A stretch of DNA of 39,275 bases from a virus (Duplodnaviria > Caudoviricetes), in IMG/VR virus record IMGVR_UViG_3300022407_004144, positions 1 to 39,275 of that record. One strand, written 5' to 3'. Shown in pieces: positions 36,019 through 39,275 of this stretch. The notes beneath the pieces are model-generated. The model saw only the letters and a list, made by a program, of their open reading frames with translations, made no database searches and was not told where the DNA came from. The number at the start of each line of letters is the position of its first letter. Positions within the stretch are counted from its first letter, which is position 1. Position numbers and translations under genes: made by a program.

Positions 36019-36236
36019 AGTCGCACCTGGACGGTCAGGTCGGCCGCGAGGGCGAACCAGTTGGTGCGGGTGCGCGGCGCGACCAGGGTCAGCGGGTCGC
36101 TCTCGTCTTCGGCGGCGTTGTCGCAGTCGTCGCAGACGTTGTCGGCGTTCAGGTCGGCCTCGTTGTCGGCGAACCATTCGCCGCAGACGCAGCACTCGCC
36201 GCCGTGGACGACTTGGGGATCGGCATAGTGGGTCAT
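36015..36236 (-). CDS. Small acidic zinc-finger-like protein
   Basis: CCVC...CDDC; CCACGGAGA RBS. Confidence 0.65.
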   Translation of the reverse strand: MTHYADPQVVHGGECCVCGEWFADNEADLNADNVCDDCDNAAEDESDPLTLVAPRTRTNWFALAADLTVQVRL

Positions 36237-36499
36237 GGGGTGTTGTCTCCGTGGTTGGTTTGGGTATCGTTTAGCAAGGCTGCTAGGTTGTCAACCTGCG
36301 TCTTGTGCAAGTCGTCGGCCAGGTCGGCGAGCATCGCCTGGCGCGCGTCGATCGTAGGCAGGAGCGCGGCGGGCGGTGTGGTGTCCGGCGCGCGGCCGGC
36401 GATGACCGACTGCACGGTCGAGCGCGGCCGGCCGATCAGGTCGGCGATCTGCTGGTCGCTGAGGCCGGTAGCCTGTTTGAAGCGTGCGAGGAGGTTCAT
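36233..36499 (-). CDS. XRE/Cro-like HTH regulator
   Basis: GLSDQQIADLIGRPRSTVQSVIAG. Confidence 0.7.
   Translation of the reverse strand: MNLLARFKQATGLSDQQIADLIGRPRSTVQSVIAGRAPDTTPPAALLPTIDARQAMLADLADDLHKTQVDNLAALLNDTQTNHGDNTP
36245..36294 (-). promoter_or_regulatory. Early promoter plus leader cassette (copy 3)
   Basis: TTGACAA-N12-GCTAAAC followed by ACCAACCACGGAGAC. Confidence 0.65.
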
Positions 36500-36675
36500 T
36501 TGAGCAAATCCGAAAGGGCGTCACGTAGCGCGGCGCGGGTGGAGGCCGGCGCGGCGCGCAGTTGCGCGACGTCTGGTCCGCAAGAGTGGCGGCTTAACCG
36601 CGCGTCAACCACGGCGGCCATGTGCGCGTCGAGCAGCACCATGACGGCGTCAGCGAGGGTCGTTTTAGACGGCAT
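36496..36675 (-). CDS. Hypothetical protein (59 aa, not in the ORF track)
   Basis: Hand translation MPSKTTLADAVM...RDALSDLLK; AAGGA upstream; coupled to the HTH gene. Confidence 0.5.
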   Translation of the reverse strand: MPSKTTLADAVMVLLDAHMAAVVDARLSRHSCGPDVAQLRAAPASTRAALRDALSDLLK

Positions 36676-36889
36676 AGCGCGGGCGTCCTTTGTCGATCGT
36701 CACGCTTTGCGCCTCGAGGTCATCCCAAGATACGCGCGGAACCGTGGTGCCAGAGTGGGCGAGGAGGCGAATATAACCGGCGCCCCATGCCGCGAAGACG
36801 TCTTCGCCGCGCCGGCAGATTTTGGCCTGGCGGAACACGCCGCGAGATCGCAGGATCACTGCCGCGTCGTCGAAGTCGGGGCCCCTCAT
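36665..36889 (-). CDS. Hypothetical protein
   Basis: 74 aa, ATGA-coupled. Confidence 0.6.
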   Translation of the reverse strand: MRGPDFDDAAVILRSRGVFRQAKICRRGEDVFAAWGAGYIRLLAHSGTTVPRVSWDDLEAQSVTIDKGRPRYAV

Positions 36890-37182
36890 CGCGCGAGCCT
36901 TTCCAGCGTGGCGAGCCAGTCACCGAAAGCGCCGGGTGTTGTGTCCTCGACTGTCACCGTCCCGTCAGCCTCGCCGCAACTGTCGAACGGTTGCGTCTTG
37001 ACGTGCTCGCGCAGGGCCTTGAGGTCGTCCAGGGCGGCCGGGATCTCGGACGGGTCGAGGGCGTGCGCTTTGGCGGTGTCGAGCATGGCGTGCAGCTCGG
37101 CGCGGAGGTCGTCGATCGCCATGGCCTCGCCGGGGTGTCGGGCGGCGTCGCGGGCGAGGTTGAAGATGTCGTCGAGGGTCAT
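36886..37182 (-). CDS. Hypothetical protein
   Basis: 98 aa, AGGA RBS, ATGA-coupled. Confidence 0.6.
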   Translation of the reverse strand: MTLDDIFNLARDAARHPGEAMAIDDLRAELHAMLDTAKAHALDPSEIPAALDDLKALREHVKTQPFDSCGEADGTVTVEDTTPGAFGDWLATLERLAR

Positions 37183-37358
37183 GGGGTGGTGTCCTGAAGG
37201 GCGGCGCGTACCTCGCGCACTCGGTCGGTCCACGCGGCGTTGCGACTGGCGCAGGCGCTACACGGTTGGCCTTCGCGGCCGATCTCGGCGCGGCAGTCGG
37301 TCCCGTCTGCTACGTCGTCGGGAAACAGGCGGCGGGCTAAGGCTTCGGCGCGGGTCAT
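37179..37358 (-). CDS. Hypothetical protein (59 aa, Cys-containing)
   Basis: ATGA-coupled, GAGG RBS. Confidence 0.55.
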   Translation of the reverse strand: MTRAEALARRLFPDDVADGTDCRAEIGREGQPCSACASRNAAWTDRVREVRAALQDTTP

Positions 37359-37753
37359 GCGTGCGCCTCGTGCGTGATAAAGCGGCGCTTGCCGGTGACG
37401 GCGCGGGCGATAGCCTCGCAAGCGTCTAGCATGGCCTGGTCGCCAACGCCGCCGATGCGGCGCGAGAGGGCAATGCCGGCGTCGGCGATCGCGGCCTCGA
37501 GGGCGGCGCTGGCCTTGTGGTAGCCTCCGCCGCCGGCCTCGCCTTGGCCACGGCCGTAGGTGCCGTTGCCGCGGCTGGAGATCCACAGGCTGCAACGCAT
37601 GACCGTGCCGGGGTAGTAGAGGCGAGCTGTCAGGACGGCGCGGCCGGTGGTTGGGTCCAGCACGGCGATCTCGCGAAGGAAGCCGGTGTCGCGGCGGGCG
37701 TTCTTTGAGGTCTCTTTGAGGCCCTGAACGTTGGCGGTCATCTTGGGGGTCAT
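37355..37753 (-). CDS. Hypothetical early protein
   Basis: 132 aa; G.G.AGGGGYHKASAAL motif; CCACGGAGA RBS. Confidence 0.7.
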   Translation of the reverse strand: MTPKMTANVQGLKETSKNARRDTGFLREIAVLDPTTGRAVLTARLYYPGTVMRCSLWISSRGNGTYGRGQGEAGGGGYHKASAALEAAIADAGIALSRRIGGVGDQAMLDACEAIARAVTGKRRFITHEAHA

Positions 37754-37759
37754 GGGGTG

Positions 37760-37820
37760 GTCTCCGTGGTTGATGTCGTCACCGTGCGCCGGGTTTGGCG
37801 GGGTGTCAAGCAATATTGCT
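37760..37820 (-). promoter_or_regulatory. Early promoter plus leader cassette (copy 2)
   Basis: AGCAATATTGCT palindrome abutting TTGACAC; CAACCACGGAGAC leader; weak -10. Confidence 0.55.
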
Positions 37821-38044
37821 TATTTCTTGGTGGCGGCTTGCTCGCGCAGCTTGGCCTTGCGCGCGCGCCAGGCGCGTTTCTGTGAGCGGGAGCGTTTGGC
37901 GAAGCTCTTGGCGGCGGCGCGGTCTGCAATCATCAGTTGCTTGATGTTCTCGCGTCGGGCGGCCTCGGCGACGCATCCAGCAAAGTCGCGCGTTGGATCG
38001 GCGGCGAGAAGGGCGGCGGCGTATTCACGGACGAAAGGTGTCAT
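37820..38044 (-). CDS. Hypothetical basic protein
   Basis: 74 aa, AGGA upstream, K/R-rich C-terminus. Confidence 0.5.
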   Translation of the reverse strand: MTPFVREYAAALLAADPTRDFAGCVAEAARRENIKQLMIADRAAAKSFAKRSRSQKRAWRARKAKLREQAATKK

Positions 38045-38055
38045 GGCGGATTTCC

Positions 38056-38348
38056 TGGGTCATCTGGGTCACGGGCTGGGTCACGGTTTTTAGCCGAATG
38101 ACCCATGCCGAGGGGCAGGCGGGGCGGGCGTTTGGGCCTGTTTATGGGTCAAATAGTCATTAGATATAGGAAATATAGATGTGTGATAGCAATATTGCTA
38201 GTATGTGTTATAAGAACTTCGCGAAATCGATGACCCATTTGACCCATAAATCCCCCCCCGGCGGCCGTGGCAAGGGTTTGAGTATGGGTCATTCTCCCGG
38301 AAATGATGACAATCGATGACCCAGGTGATGACCCAGCCAATATTGCTA
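38056..38348. repeat. Dyad-symmetric array of ten TGGGTCA/TGACCCA heptamers around an AT-rich core (putative replication origin)
   Basis: TGGGTCA at 38056, 38065, 38077, 38145, 38285; TGACCCA at 38099, 38231, 38240, 38317, 38329; central palindrome 38187-38200. Confidence 0.75.
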
Positions 38349-38359
38349 GGTTTCGCCCG

Positions 38360-38545
38360 TTAGTTATGTGCTGCGGCGTTGATCCGCTGCAAATGGTCGA
38401 GCGCGGTTCGCACCTCGTAACGATCGACATTGACCAAGGCTGCGACGTCGCGCGACCACGTCTCGAGCACAGCCTCGCCAGTGGCGCGGTTGACGATGAT
38501 CCAGCTATTGCAGCCGGCGGGCAGGGTCGGAACGATTGCAGTCAT
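38360..38545 (-). CDS. Hypothetical protein
   Basis: 61 aa, AGGAG upstream; NSWIIVNRATGEAVLETW. Confidence 0.65.
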   Translation of the reverse strand: MTAIVPTLPAGCNSWIIVNRATGEAVLETWSRDVAALVNVDRYEVRTALDHLQRINAAAHN

Positions 38546-38575
38546 GTTCTCAGGCTCCTCTAACAGTCCGTGAAG

Positions 38576-38599
38576 CCCGCCACGCTTGACCGTGGCGGG
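38576..38599 (-). terminator. Intergenic hairpin
   Basis: CCCGCCACG-cttgac-CGTGGCGGG. Confidence 0.45.
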
Positions 38600-38611
38600 T
38601 AACAGGGGCCG

Positions 38612-38797
38612 TTAGCCGGCGCGGGGCGCGATGATCAGATATGACGTTTCAGGCCCTTGCCAGCCGGCGCGCGTTATCTTGATCTCGACACCTTGCGCCA
38701 TACGCCGGCCGCTCGCGCCGTGCCCCGCCGCACGCAAGGCGTCGATCTCGACGTTGGCGCGCGCAATGAGATCGTTCTCTTGTTCAATACCGGTCAT
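38612..38797 (-). CDS. Hypothetical protein
   Basis: 61 aa, GGAGG RBS. Confidence 0.6.
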   Translation of the reverse strand: MTGIEQENDLIARANVEIDALRAAGHGASGRRMAQGVEIKITRAGWQGPETSYLIIAPRAG

Positions 38798-38838
38798 CTT
38801 GACTTCCTCCAGAAAATGACTTAGGCGTAAGTCTACGC

Positions 38839-39039
38839 CTAAGCGGATTTCAGCGCGGACACCGCGTCGCGAATGGCGTTTAGCGCAGATTTATAGTCGG
38901 CCTTAGCTTGCGCGCGCTCGGCGCGCGTCCCCTTGCCAAGCCGCTCGCCAGCCGCATGAACGGCGGCGCGCAGCTCGCGCGACGCGGGCGACTGAAAGAA
39001 AGCGGCCATCTCGGCTACAGTGTGGATCCCGTTCGGCAT
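38839..39039 (-). CDS. Hypothetical protein, first early gene
   Basis: 66 aa, CCACGGAGA RBS, downstream of a consensus-like promoter. Confidence 0.65.
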   Translation of the reverse strand: MPNGIHTVAEMAAFFQSPASRELRAAVHAAGERLGKGTRAERAQAKADYKSALNAIRDAVSALKSA

Positions 39040-39044
39040 GTGTC

Positions 39045-39095
39045 GTCTCCGTGGTTGGTATCCCTATCTATCTAGCAATATTGCTAGGGTGTCAA
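39045..39095 (-). promoter_or_regulatory. Early promoter plus operator and leader (copy 1)
   Basis: TTGACAC-N12-GCTAGATA containing the 16-bp palindrome CTAGCAATATTGCTAG (39072-39087). Confidence 0.75.
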
Positions 39096-39140
39096 CCACA
39101 AAAAGCGCCCTAGCCTCCGCTTTCTATGTGGTCGCGCGAC

Positions 39141-39267
39141 GCGACGCCTCGCAGCTCGCTCGCGGCTAGACACGCGCCGGCTGCACCAGGCCATGACGCT
39201 GAAGCCGGTTGCCGTTCGCCGCGAGGGGGAGGGGGTAGGGCCGAGCGGATGCGGAATGCTGTGGCCA
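39141..39267. repeat. Terminal direct repeat, right copy
   Basis: Identical to 1-127, followed by 8 non-matching bases. Confidence 0.9.
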
Positions 39268-39275
39268 TTCTTCTC

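Noticed and set aside
38056-38348. Repeat cluster as a CRISPR array or protelomerase site
   Set aside because: Repeats are 7 bp, irregularly spaced and in both orientations; no long perfect palindrome and no protelomerase gene recognised

Overview
The window appears to be a complete, GC-rich podovirus genome of about 39.1 kb; bases 1-127 recur exactly at 39141-39267. The virion module is P22/APSE-like on the + strand: terminases, portal, scaffold, coat, gp4/gp10-like tail proteins and three ejection proteins. A tailspike and the whole lysis cassette sit between portal and scaffold. A divergent replication module carries SNF2 helicase, C5 DNA methyltransferase and VRR-NUC leftward, and Cas4-like nuclease, putative SSB, DNA polymerase A, Mom-like GNAT and primase-helicase rightward. 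A leftward block of small early genes ends the genome. No integrase, partition gene or RNA gene was recognised. Promoters of the form TTGACA(C/A)-N12-GCTA suggest an alphaproteobacterial, possibly Caulobacter/Brevundimonas-like, host (inference). The most unusual locus is the methyltransferase: a two-frame alpha/beta enzyme with a whole HNH gene overprinted inside the alpha frame, bracketed by a duplicated dual-coding segment whose copies each appear to keep one frame, plus a GIY-YIG gene that displaced the first seven codons and supplies a fully recoded copy. Other candidates are a DDxxD prenyltransferase-like gene before the ejection genes, a small-protein/5-TM membrane-protein pair before the lysis genes, and a ~280-bp dyad-symmetric putative origin sharing a palindrome with the early promoters. 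All family calls come from motif recognition and synteny, not database searches.
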